A stretch of 64,000 nucleotides of DNA from Octopus vulgaris (lineage: Eukaryota), in assembly GCA_951406725.2 (NCBI GenBank), contig OX597828.1, forward strand, positions 27,590,001 to 27,654,000, written 5' to 3'. The notes beneath the pieces are model-generated. The model ran no database searches. It was not told the origin of the DNA and saw only the letters and a program-made list of their open reading frames with translations. Positions 1-12,403 of this stretch are shown piece after piece; the first letter of the stretch is position 1; the number at the start of each line of letters is the position of its first letter. The position numbers were made by a program, and so were the translations under genes.

Positions 1-585
1 GTAAGCTGGCAGAATCGTTAACACACCAGGCAAGTTGCTTAGCAACATTTCATCCATCTTTATGTTCTGAGTTCAAATTCCACCAGAGTCGACTTTGCCT
101 TTCATCCTCTCTGAGTCAATAAAATAAGTACTAGTTGGATACTAGGGTCAATCTATTTGACTTATACCGCCCCCCCCCCCACAAAAAAACAGCTAGCCTT
201 GCGCCAAAATTTGAAACCATTGTTATTATCATTATTATTATCATTACTATTATTATTTTATTCATTTATTTATTTATTTTCCGTTTTTCTGTTATTTTTT
301 TATTTTCTTTTTCGTTTCAAAACAGGAAAGGAACAAGAACTTTTCCAACATGCTGTACTTAGAGCATGTAGTATGAGCGATATCTGGCTCAGAACCAATT
401 ATAATTGTACATTGTAATCTCAATTTACATTAAGACCTCTCCATACAGACTTCCTCATTTTTACACATAAGTACATATGCATGTGTATGCATTGTGCATG
501 TATTGTGATATATGTTTGTTGTCTCTGTGTATGTGTATACAGCTGTATATACTTTTGTATGCATATGCAAGCATTTATTTTGATA

Positions 586-620
<35 letters not shown>

Positions 621-629
621 CTGTATATA

Positions 630-667
<38 letters not shown>

Positions 668-670
<3 letters not shown>

Positions 671-784
671 CCTTTTACGATCCCTTTTGATCGAAAACCA
701 AACCCCCTTTTTTATCCCCAAAAGAAAAGCTCTACCTTGTAATGTGTCCTGTCTGTGTGTGCAGCCCTGTGTGGCTAATAAAGA

Positions 785-829
<45 letters not shown>

Positions 830-834
830 CTACA

Positions 835-873
<39 letters not shown>

Positions 874-990
874 CCTTTTACGATCCCTTTTGATCGAAAA
901 CCAAACCCCCTTTTTTATCCACAAAAGAAAAGCTCTACCTTGTAATTTGTCCTGTCCGTGTGCAGCCCTGTGTGGCTAATAAAGAAACAT
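668..990 (+). repeat. Tandem duplication of a ~120-bp unit separated by (TA)n
   Basis: tttccttttacgatcccttttgatcgaaaacc...gtggctaataaagaaaca at about 668-790 and 870-990, near-identical. Confidence 0.9.
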
Positions 991-1006
991 ATATATATAT
1001 ATATTC

Positions 1007-1109
<103 letters not shown>

Positions 1110-1354
1110 CATATATTCTCAATGAAATTTTATTATATAGCTTCATTTAGAAAAAAATATGCTTCTAATTAAATGAAAAATACCTCAAGTATGCATTGTG
1201 TACCTGGTCGTTAATCCTCATCATTTTAACATTGTGTTTTTGTATTTTTTTTTCATGCTGGTATCTGCTGGATGAATATGTAATGTCATTTGAGTGACTG
1301 TGATGTGTGTTGGTATGTATATATATACATACATAGTGTATTTGTGTATATATA

Positions 1355-1393
<39 letters not shown>

Positions 1394-1468
1394 AATATTA
1401 GGGAATAAATCCAAATTTACAGGAAAAAAATCAGATTTAGGATTAAATCCAATTTTATAGTAAAATAT

Positions 1469-1709
1469 TATATAATATTAATTAGAGACAAAACCACTAT
1501 TTTGCAAAACAAACAAGGAAAGACTTAATCAATACATAAAATTTTAATAAAAAGTTAAAAAAACGCCACTACAATTGTTTCATGTCCTGATCGACAATCT
1601 TCAGTTGGATTTCCAATTTTCAAGTCGGTTTCAAATTATTTTCATAATTTGAAACTGACTGATTAAGTCTTTCCTTGTTTGTTTTGCAAAATAGTGGTTT
1701 TGTCTCTAA

Positions 1710-1722
<13 letters not shown>
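1469..1722. repeat. 63-bp perfect inverted repeat (1469-1531 / 1660-1722) enclosing a hammerhead motif; Penelope-like pseudo-LTR remnant
   Basis: tatataatattaattagagacaaaaccact...gacttaatca is the exact reverse complement of tgattaagtc...ctctaattaatattatata. Confidence 0.85.
1566..1608 (-). ncRNA. Minimal type-I hammerhead ribozyme motif (Penelope-like)
   Basis: ccaa-CTGAAGA-t-TGTC gatcag GACA-t-GAAA-CAATTG-TA-gtgg: intact core, palindromic helix III ACAATTGT, GUA site; first helix I pair mismatched. Confidence 0.65.
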
Positions 1723-1747
<25 letters not shown>

Positions 1748-1885
1748 CAGAGATGTACTCGCATAGCAAGTGATTTGATCTGAGATCGTGTGCTGGAACG
1801 AAAACAATTGCAGCGTGGAAGGTGTTTGTAAGCCATTTAAGAAACACACAAAAGCCGTTCGATTCACTTCAGCATTTAAGTTTAA

Positions 1886-1935
1886 TTTGTCAAAATATTT
1901 TTATCGCTAAAATCCGCGACCTGTTCACTGACAAA
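1886..1935 (-). ncRNA. Hammerhead-like motif with G3-C8 swapped core (this copy probably inactivated)
   Basis: TTTGTCA-GTGAACA-g-GTCGC ggatttta GCGAT-AAAA-ATAT-TT-TGACAAA: 7-bp helix I, 5-bp helix II, palindromic AATATT helix III; G12 is A. Confidence 0.5.
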
Positions 1936-4900
1936 ATTCCGTGATGCATGGAAATTGGAGAGTGGGATGTGTGTGTGTATATTTAATGTTCCACTTGAAC
2001 TTCTTGTAGGTTCATGCTAAACATTTTGTATAGAAGACAGTTGGCCAGAGAAAGGGAATTACCATAAAAAGTGGGAGGATTGTGTCAAGTATAAGGCTTG
2101 AGAAGTGGAGCACTGCAGTAATAATGATGGGAAGAGAGGTATATGTAAGGGCAAACAGAAGTGGCACACTTGTTAGGGAGTGCAGTGGTACAGTTGTTAG
2201 GAGATAATTGAAGGAAAGACAGTACATGTGTGCAGTAGGGATTACATATTGTTTTCACATCTCTGATCAACTTTAATCAGACATTCCAAACATGACCGTC
2301 ACACCATTATACGAGTATGTCTACAGCTACTTTATGTATATTTTCTTTATTTAAACTGGTAAGATATTTTTGAGTCTACAACTCAGTGATTAAGTATGCC
2401 ACCCAAGGATTACATTTAACCAGCATGGCTACAGTCCATTGAGCACTTTGTTCTTTGTGTCTTTTCTGTATCTAAGACAGTAGGGTGTAATTTGAGCGAT
2501 ATGTTACTGCTATTTCTATCTGACTCTCTATATGGAAACTTTCTACTTGACTCAGGGTTATAAATTATTGATGAACTAGGTTGTATTTATTTAAAAGAAA
2601 AATTTTTTCTTGTGGTCGAAGGCACATAGCATTGGCGCTAACCAAGATATGTAAACAGTTCTTCAAATTATACTTGATAATTGTTTGAGGTCAGAAAAAT
2701 CAAGAATGAAGTTTTTCTGGCTCTTAAGAAGATGCCTTGTATTTGGGATACACTTGGGTTTCTGTTTTTTTCTTCTCAATAGTATACGAGAAATTGCTAT
2801 GAATGAAGCATCAATCATGATTGATCTCAAGTCATTTGAAGTCTTTCAGGGTTTTGAAAGATCATCAGAGACTTACTTGTGCTTCCATAATAGCTAGCAA
2901 TCAAGAAGATCAACACATCTGCTTTCATAATTGCTTTCATTTTTGCTTTGTTTTGTTTGTTTGTTTCTTTCTTTTCCTTCCTAGTTTTCATTCATACATA
3001 TTCAGATACATTCATAAAGCAGACAATAAAAGATTTATATTACAGAGAAATTATAGACTCAGACGAAGAATGATGTCAATGTGAAATTATGAAATGTTTG
3101 ACACTTCTAGCATTTTGAATTTAAAACAATGTTTACTTGTTGATGGATTTAAGCAAGTTGATCATTTTTCCTACTGTTGCCTTGTCTTTATAGAACACAC
3201 ATTCACACACACAAACACATTTTTTTTCCTCCCTCCCTCCCTCCTCCCCCAATGCACAACTCTTTACAATTGTTTACTGAATATTATTTGTTTTAATAAA
3301 AACTTTTTTTTCTTTTAGTAGTAGTAGTAGTAGCAGCAGCAAATTTAATTAGTCAACAGACTTTTTGTCATTCATAGTCAACAGACAATTTTGTTAGAAC
3401 TGCATGCAAAGCTTGTACATTATATTATTTTTTTATATTTTGGTAAATAACAAGAACACTATCAGCAGCAACAACAACAACAGCAACACTGCCACCAACT
3501 ACAACAGCAATAATAACTGACAATTGAATGGAACAAGCTAATCATTATTATTTCAAGAATTAGACAAACTTGAGTGTATACCGGAAACTTATTCATCAAT
3601 ATCATAGGATGCTTTTGTAGTCTGTATTCCTTGTCATTCAATTCAATGCTCGTAGTTGAAAATGTGTTAAGCTTCAAAAATTGCTCTTCTGCAGATGAAG
3701 ACCAATTTTTTTTTTTCTTTTATCTCATTCTGAATTTATTTATTCTATTTTATTTTACTTTTATTTTTGGTTCCTCTTTACTGTTATTTGTTTTAATTTA
3801 ATGTTAGCACTCTTCAAATTTACATGCATAAAAGTACAAGAAAAGATTTTGGAAGATGCTTAATTTTTGACGATTCACATGCTCTTCCTGCAAATTGCTA
3901 TTACCAAAGCTGAAATCACTAAACAAAACTATAAATCAAGTGATTTAGAGTATTTATTTGCAAAGGATTATCTTCATGTAACATTTCTGATTTGTTCACA
4001 TCCATATTTTTTTTTTTAAAGCCCAAAAGTTATTAAAACACCTGAATGATAGTTAATTGTTTAAAAGAAATATTATCAAAATATAAAATATAAAAGGTTT
4101 TTTTTTTTCAAAAAAAGAAATTAATTTTCAAATTGTTAATTTATAATTTATTTGTTTTTAGTTAATGTTTAATTATTTTTATTTATAAACTAGGTTTAGT
4201 AGAATGCTCTGTGAATTATATTTTGTGGCATTTTTGATGAAGCAACACTTCTGGAACACAATTGACATTTTTTGAAATTTTATTTTTTTTATCCATTAAT
4301 TTTTCAAAAATTGTTTTATTCATTTTTATAGTACTACGGACAGTCTACAAAACTGGATATTTCAGAAAATTTTTTAAACAGTTTTATTATTTTTTAAAAA
4401 ATATATTTGATTGCTCTTCTTAGCTTTGTTATAAAATATTGTAAAGTAGGACTTTAATAACTAGATGAATTGAATGATGAAGAATAATGCGAATTGCTCA
4501 AGGACATAAAATAATGCTTGTTGCAATCTGAATTCATAATGTATGGCTTCATTGCTCTAACTATTTAGCCATTTTACTTCTTAGCCATCAGGCTTTTCGA
4601 AGATATAATTCAATCGTTACTCACATTGGACATGGAATAATGAACTTTAAAATCCTGCAGTATATGACTGAGTTGTCACCTTGTCATACTACATTTTGTA
4701 TTGAAGTGCATGATAATTGAAGATTATGCACTAAAGTTTTTAAGGTGTTTAATCTTGTAATATAGTTCTACACTTTAAGAATTCATTATATGAAGTTTGA
4801 ATCCTGGTTTCTAGGCCTTTCATATTTCTTGGTTTCATTTAATAACAAAGAAAAAAAAGTCACGTTGATTAAATATCACGTAAAGGTTCCTTATTTTGTT

Positions 4901-4937
4901 AGAAGAGAGCCAAAAAATTAATTTCATGTCAACTTAA

Positions 4938-5158
4938 CCCTTTAGTGTTCAGAGTATTCTGTCAAATATGATGTTTGTTTATTTATATTGTTTTGAATTA
5001 ATCCTGCATTATCTTGTAGTTTAGAGATTTCAGTGATGTGATTATTTTAGTTTTAGAATGACATGGTAGGGCTGAGGTGAGAGGCAAGATCTGGTCAGTT
5101 TCAATATAAAACAGGTTAGATATTTTGGCCGGATATGGCCAGTTTGAATGCTAAAGGG
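4938..5158. mobile_element. piggyBac-type MITE, second family (relatives at about 20361-20980, 25970-26180, 36800-37345, 40850-41560, 48525-48745)
   Basis: TTAA|CCCTTTAG...CTAAAGGG|TTAA termini; shared internal gtgagaggc..gatctgg motif among copies. Confidence 0.85.
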
Positions 5159-5825
5159 TTAAAGCATATATCAGACTATGGTGTTTAGAGCTGTTTTCTT
5201 TTTTGTCAAATTTTCTTTTACACAATCTTTTTTAATTAATTATATCTACACCAGGTGATAATGCAGACACCATCAGCTTGTGTCCTCCTCTATATTAGCA
5301 GGTTGACCAGTACATTGTGAGTAAAATTAGTTCATAGAAACTGGAAAAAAAAAACTGTGACATATATATATATATATATATATGTATGTATATATATATA
5401 TATATATATATCATCATCATCATCATCATCATCATTTAGCATCCGCTTTCCATGCTAGCATAGGTTGGACGGTTCAACAGGGGGTCGGATGGTGCTTTTA
5501 CGTGCCACCAACACGGGGGCCAGACAGAGCTGGCAAACGGCCACGAACGGATGGTGCTTTTACGTGTCACGGGCACGGGGGCCATAATATGTGTGTATGG
5601 GGATTTTTTTTATTGCAACGGAAGTTGAGAGTTTTTTCTCATAATTCTACTTTCATGCTAAAGCAAAGTTCACTGCCATCTCCAGGTAAAGGTTGACGAT
5701 TGCAATGGCATGAAACATGAGGCATGAGACAAACTCTCGCTTCAGTTGCAAGGGATCAAAAACAAGAAACTATATCCTCTACAACATGCATTGAGCACTC
5801 CTTTCTCATTCATTCAACATAAGCA

Positions 5826-5920
<95 letters not shown>

Positions 5921-8615
5921 CACACAAATACACACATGCGATAGGTTTCTTTCAGTTTCCATCTACTAAATCCATGCATAAGACTTTGGTTGAATTAGGG
6001 CCATAGTAAAAGACACTTACCTTATGTGCTGTGCTGTGGTATTGAACCTTGGACCATATGGTTGAAAAACAAGCTTCTTAACCACACAAACATGCATGTG
6101 CCTTATATGTAAACATATTTTCTTTGGGATATATGAAATGTTTCCAAATTACTTTGCAAGAATTTCTCTCACTATTTAAAGAAGTGAAATGAGGGTTCCT
6201 AGAAGCAGTATGAGGAACTTGCTTAATTTTTTGATAGGCATAATACTAATGTTACAATTGAAATTACTTTACCTGGTGAGATTTGAATCATATATTTTTC
6301 AAAAATTATGTATGCAAAGTACATAGTATTCCCTGGTGGCCAATTAGTGTAAAGGAGATAATCACTTCTGCATAATATTTGGCAGGATTATTTATTGTTT
6401 ACATACCATCCGATTGTGCCCATTGCCAGCCTCGTCTGGCACCTGTGCAGGTGGCACGTAAAAAGCACCCACTGCACTCTCGGAGTGGTTGGCGTTAGGA
6501 AGGGCATCCAGCTGTAGAAACACTGCCAGATCAGACTGGGCCTGGCACAGCCTCCTGGCTTCTCAGACCTCAGTTGAATCGTCCAACCCATGCTAGCATG
6601 GAAAACGGACATTAAACGATGATGATGATGATGATATTAAGGTGTTCGAAATTCCAATTTTAGGTAGCCATGTATAGTGCTATTTCATTCCTCTTAGAAA
6701 CTGTCAGCATGACATAACTGGAGCTAAATAAATTAAACATCTTACAAACAAGGCATTTCTTATAGATGGAAAATAATTACAGTCTGAAGACATTCAAGTA
6801 TTGTTTCTCTTTTCTCTTTTTTTTTTTTTACTTTCTTCTTCATGGAGTGCTACATGTGAAAATAATCTTATAAGTATTCGATTCAAGTGTAACTACAAAT
6901 AGAAGCGAATCAATGTGTTATGGAACAACACACAAACTCATAACTAGTTTTGCAAAAAAATGTTTCTTATCACTTCATTAAATTATATCTATTCACATAA
7001 CATAAAATTGTATCTTGGTTTTAAGCTAATGTCAAAATTCCTGCCAGCCAATTAGTATTTCTGATCTGACACATGTGTTTAGAAAACAATTATTCTCCTT
7101 GTACAAAATTCAGGTTCTGATGACCTTATAAAAGTTAATGCCACATTCTTTGCTTAACCATTCCTGAATGAACGCAAACAGTATCATGGATGTCTTACCT
7201 ATTGATATTCCCATGTTTTATTTTTCCTTGTTTTCTTTCTTTTTTTTCTTCTGTTAAAGAAGTAACTCTAAGAAAGCCGTTTTCTAGCAGAAATTATAAT
7301 CTGCATTCATCATGATTAAGTATAACATATGTCTTTATCTGTTTTTTAAAAATAAAATATTATTAGCTTGTTTTGAAGGCAGAGATAAAAGCTAAAAGAA
7401 TGTAAGGCATCAGGGTTGCTTTAGATAAAGCAATTTTTTTAAAAACTTCATTTTACACACACACAGACATGCATAAATATGCGCAAGCACGTGCGCATGT
7501 GCACACACATTTATGCATATGGAGAAGCTGCTTAAAATTAAATTTAGTTACCATTTAGCTGCCAAAAATCTGTTGATAAGAATGAAAACATAAAAAGAAT
7601 AAACATGAATAAAAATAATATACAACACAATTGCTAAATTGATGTATTTGTTTATTGCAATTTTCTGAGTCTGTTAGAAAATTGACACATCATTCCATAA
7701 CATGGTATTACCAAATGTTTTAAATTGAGAAGTTTACAGAATCACTTATCATGGTAGAAATTATGTTAATAATATTTATTTTACTAAAAGGCAGTGAGCT
7801 GGCAGAAACATTAGCACACCAGGTGAAATGCTTAGCGGTATTTCATCTGTCTATATGTTCTGAGTTCAAATTCCCCTGAGGTCGACTTTGCATTTCATCC
7901 TTTCAGGGTTGATAAATTAAGTACCAGTTGTGTACTGGGGTCGATCTATTCCCCAAAAATTTTGAACCTTGTGTCTAGAGTAAAAAAGAATATGTTTTTT
8001 TACTAAGGAATACCTTAGCCAATGAACTCAACGAAAATGCAAAGGGATTTTATTAGAAATTGGCTCAGTTTTAGTCTTTTTTGTAGAAAACAGACATGGC
8101 TGCATGATTCCAAACTTGCTTCCCAACCATGCAGTCCTGGGGTCAGTCCCATGATGTGGCACTAGTTCCAGGCCAACTTAAGCTTTGTGAGTTGATTCAA
8201 GGGATGGAAACTGAAAGAAGCTTATCTATATATATGTATATGTGTGTGTTCATGTGTACCCTTGTCTAGCCATCATGTGATGGTCATTAATAGACATCGT
8301 CATACAAGTAATGTTTTTTGTTTCCAGTCTTCTGTGTAAAACATGTATAGCTATGAGAAAATAACACCTTGCTTGGAAACAGAATTTTCCCAAGGTTCCA
8401 CATTGTGGGACTAGAGCCATAGTTGGGGAGGATAGGAAATTAGAAAAAAATGCTTACTTTATGAGATGAGCAGACTTCAAAAACAATTCGGAACCACTAT
8501 GAATTCTTGGAGCTAAATTCTATAAAGACTGCAAACTGTCAAAGATTGGTTATTAACAAAATAATGTGAACATGAAGAAAGCGTGTGGAAATAGTAATTA
8601 GTAATGACCTACTTA

Positions 8616-8780
8616 GGTGCAGGAGTGGCTGTGTGGTAAGTAGCTTGTTTACCAACCACATGGTTCCGGGTTCAGTCCCACTGTGTGGCACCTTGGGCAA
8701 TTGTCTTCTACTATAGCCTCGGGCTGAACAAAGCCTTGTGAGTGGATTTGGCAGACGGAAACTGAAAGAAGCCCATCATA

Positions 8781-8857
<77 letters not shown>

Positions 8858-9058
8858 TTGTGTCTGTGTTTGTCCCCCTAGCATTGCTTGACAACCGATG
8901 CTGGTGTGTTTATGTCCCCGTTACTTAGCGGTTCGGCATAAGAGACCGATAGAATAAGTACCGGGCTTACGAAAGAATAAGTCCCGGGGTCGAGTTGCTC
9001 AATTAAAGGCGGTGCTTCAGCATGACTGCAGTCAAATGACTGAAACAAGTAAATGAGT

Positions 9059-9096
<38 letters not shown>
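8616..9096 (+). mobile_element. tRNA-derived SINE family A, full length
   Basis: A box TGGCTGTGTGG, B box GGTTCAGTCCC, CCTTGGGCAA core, internal (TA)n, (AG)n tail, 16-bp TSD agtaatgaccta(c/t)tta. Confidence 0.92.
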
Positions 9097-9100
<4 letters not shown>

Positions 9101-10028
9101 ATGACCTATTTAAGTGGCCAGAAAAGGAAATAGAAAGAAGCTTTACGTTGGCTTATTAGTTGAGAGATTTATACGAATGACCCTGAATGTATCATTTGTA
9201 GATATGACTATCTCTATAACTAGTTCCCTCCCCATTGTCAGGCCAGCCTTCATTTTACTATTTGGTGAACATAGTAAATACTCATACATTTTCATCTGTA
9301 GCTATTTTCTGGTTAGGCGCTTGCAGTCGGCAACTTGGCATCTGCAGCTTCATCCCGTTTTCTCTATGGCCTGCTTATTTTACAGCTCAGGAATTGTACC
9401 ATTATTGTGTATAATGTTTGTCCAGCTCATTCCTTGTTATCCCCCACATCTCTCTTTCCCCTCTTCCTCTCTCTTCATTTCTTCTCTCTATATGGCTTTC
9501 CTGTCTGTTTTCTCTGTTGAAAGCAGCACTTGATGCCAACATTTCCAATGTCCACTGTCCAAAATAAACAAGTTACTGAAAGCTGTAATCTTTCTCCGTC
9601 TCTCCCTCTCTCTGTCTCTCTGTCTTTTTTTTTTTTCTCTTTGGACAAAGCAGTATTGCAGAACAACTTCTTTTAATTCTATGCTGCTTTTTGCCTCTGG
9701 CTATCAATTGAAGGAAGAATACCACTTTCACGTTCTATGTTCAGCTGAAATGCTATTGGAATATAATCTACAAGTTTGGTAGAAAGGATTGTCCTGCTTG
9801 TAGATTACAACAAAAATAAATTAAATGAAAGCCAAGACATTCCAAACCATTGTTTGGTAACCTTTCTGATATTCATGCAGCTCTTATGTTAAACTTTTTA
9901 GCAGCTCACTTGGTCAGCTTCTCCAAATATATATTCGGGGATTAACAAAATTTTGTTGTTACTGTAGTTGTTTGTTTACACTGAATTTTGTAACATCCTT
10001 TGTTGAAGCAACTGTTTGTTTCTGACTG

Positions 10029-10090
<62 letters not shown>

Positions 10091-10866
10091 CACACATACA
10101 CATGCGCACACGTATGTGTGTGTGTATATGTGTTGCTAATTTTTTCTTGGGTCTTAGTTTATTTTAGTTTAAATTTATTATTGGATCGGGTTTAATAAAA
10201 TGAGATGAGTTGGTTGGGTGTAGATAGAAGTGTTAATCCTGAGAAATCAGCAACAACAACAACAACAGCAGCAACAGCAACAACAATTGTTTCGCTGTTG
10301 CTGGGAAGCATTGTTAGCTCAGTAAATCCCATTAAGTTTCTCAATGCATTTTCTTTGTGTTTAAATGACAAACTTTTGTGGGTGACTTTGCAGCAGTTAC
10401 TTTTGTCTGTGTGTGTGTGTAATATATGTTTGTGTATATTCAGATATTCATATGTGTGTGTCTGTATGTATGTGTATATATATATGTGTGTGTGTGTATA
10501 TTTGTGTGTGTACACACACACATACATGTATATACATGTATATTTTCATAAATTATTTATCTTTTATATTTTTTCTATTTATAAATTTATATCTTTTTTA
10601 TGCTTTTACCTTTCATTTTTTAGCTATTCTTTTTACTTTTTTATTTACATATGTCTATATTTGTGTGTGTGTGTGTATATGTATTTACATTAAATATGAT
10701 ACACAAATGCCTTTATAAATGTGTGTGTGTGTGTTTTCTTTTCACTTGAATATATTGTAAACAATTATTCCTTTCTCTCATGAATGAAACCTGTAACTAT
10801 GAATCTTGTATAAGATGATTAAAAAGAAAGAAGATTTTATATAATTTTACACACACACACACACAC

Positions 10867-10955
<89 letters not shown>

Positions 10956-11193
10956 CAGGAAGTGTCAAGGTGGATGTCTCCATTGCTTTCTTTATTATAT
11001 AATGAAATAATAAACTTAGATTATATCCCATTGAGGCAAATCACTTATGAAGGTGAAAATCTAAGCCAGACAATGTTGCTTTTACAGGTTTTTAACTCTC
11101 AACTCTACAAATAAGCTTTTCTAATAATATACATTGATATTATTGAATTAGTGCTAGGGATTTGGTTTGGTTTTCACAAAATCACAATTGATG

Positions 11194-11239
<46 letters not shown>

Positions 11240-12156
11240 GAAGAGAAAATAAGAATAGTGTGTTTACATTCATCACCAGCTGCATCATCATCATCATCAT
11301 CATCATCACCCTTTGATGCTACAATGGGTTTGATAGAGCTGCTACACATGCAGACATGTAGTGTCTTTACTGTGGGGATTGATGTAATCACATTAACTCT
11401 AAGTAGTTAGGTCAGTAGGCTTGAAATAAATAAACGGTTGTATTGATGAATAGTTTGATAAATATCTAGTTGAGGAAAACTTCTCAGCTTGCTATTGTCT
11501 CTGTCCCTGGAGGAAAAAAAGATTGATTGCACATCAGTCTTAGCAAACTTATATACATTGTTGTAAAGTGACCTTTTAAATCACACTGCCATACCTGCTC
11601 CTATATCAAGGGTCTTTTCATATTTCCTTATGTTTACATTCAGAATACCTGAGGTCTTAGGTACGTCAATGTTTTCAGATAATTCCAACTTTGTCTTCTG
11701 ACTGAAGCAATATTGTGGTCGTAGTTATTATCTTATTTATTGCAAGCAAGAATTAGGGCAAAACTGTTTTGTGTTTCCAATCCAATATTATAATGATTGG
11801 CCATAAAGGAGGGTGATTTATATTTTCTCAGCAACCAGCAACCATCTTGACAATGTGGTTAGGGAGCTTGCTTCCTAGCTACACAGTTTCTGGTTCGGTC
11901 CCATTGCGTGGCACTTTGGGTAGGTGTCTTCCACTATAGCCTCGAGCCGACCGGAGCTTTGTGATTGAATTTGGTAGGTGGAAGTTACTGCCGTGTGTGT
12001 ATGTGTGCGTATAGCTGCTCAGTGCCTCTCCGAAAGAGAGAGAGAGGGGAAACTGATAGAATAAGTAACAGACTGAAAAACAAAAACAGAAATAAAATAA
12101 TAATAATAATAATTAAATGAAGGAAAGGAAAAATTCTTGAATTGTTTTGTTTAACT

Positions 12157-12403
12157 CAGGGGTGGGCAAACTACGGCCCGCAGGCCGCATGCGGCCCGCC
12201 ATAGGTTTTCATGCGGCCCGCCATAGGTTTTCATGCGGCCCGCCGAGAGGAATATTTCACAAAATTTCCTTTCAATCAATTGTGTGTTTATAGGTCTATA
12301 ACCGCCTTAAAAAATATTTTCACTTGATTTTTATAAATGAGGCCCGCCAAGGTTCCAAAGACGCACTGTGCGGCCCGCGATCAAAAAGGTTCGCCCACCC
12401 CTG
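12157..12403. mobile_element. hAT-superfamily MITE (247 bp) inserted in a degenerate SINE
   Basis: TIR CAGGGGTGGGC(A/G)AAC; exact 8-bp TSD GTTTAACT; multiple subterminal GGCCCG motifs. Confidence 0.92.

Noticed and set aside
8649-8894. Recurring peptides (…EDTCPRCHAVGLNPEPCGW, MTTDAGVFTSP…) suggesting a gene family
   Set aside because: Incidental frames of SINE family A copies
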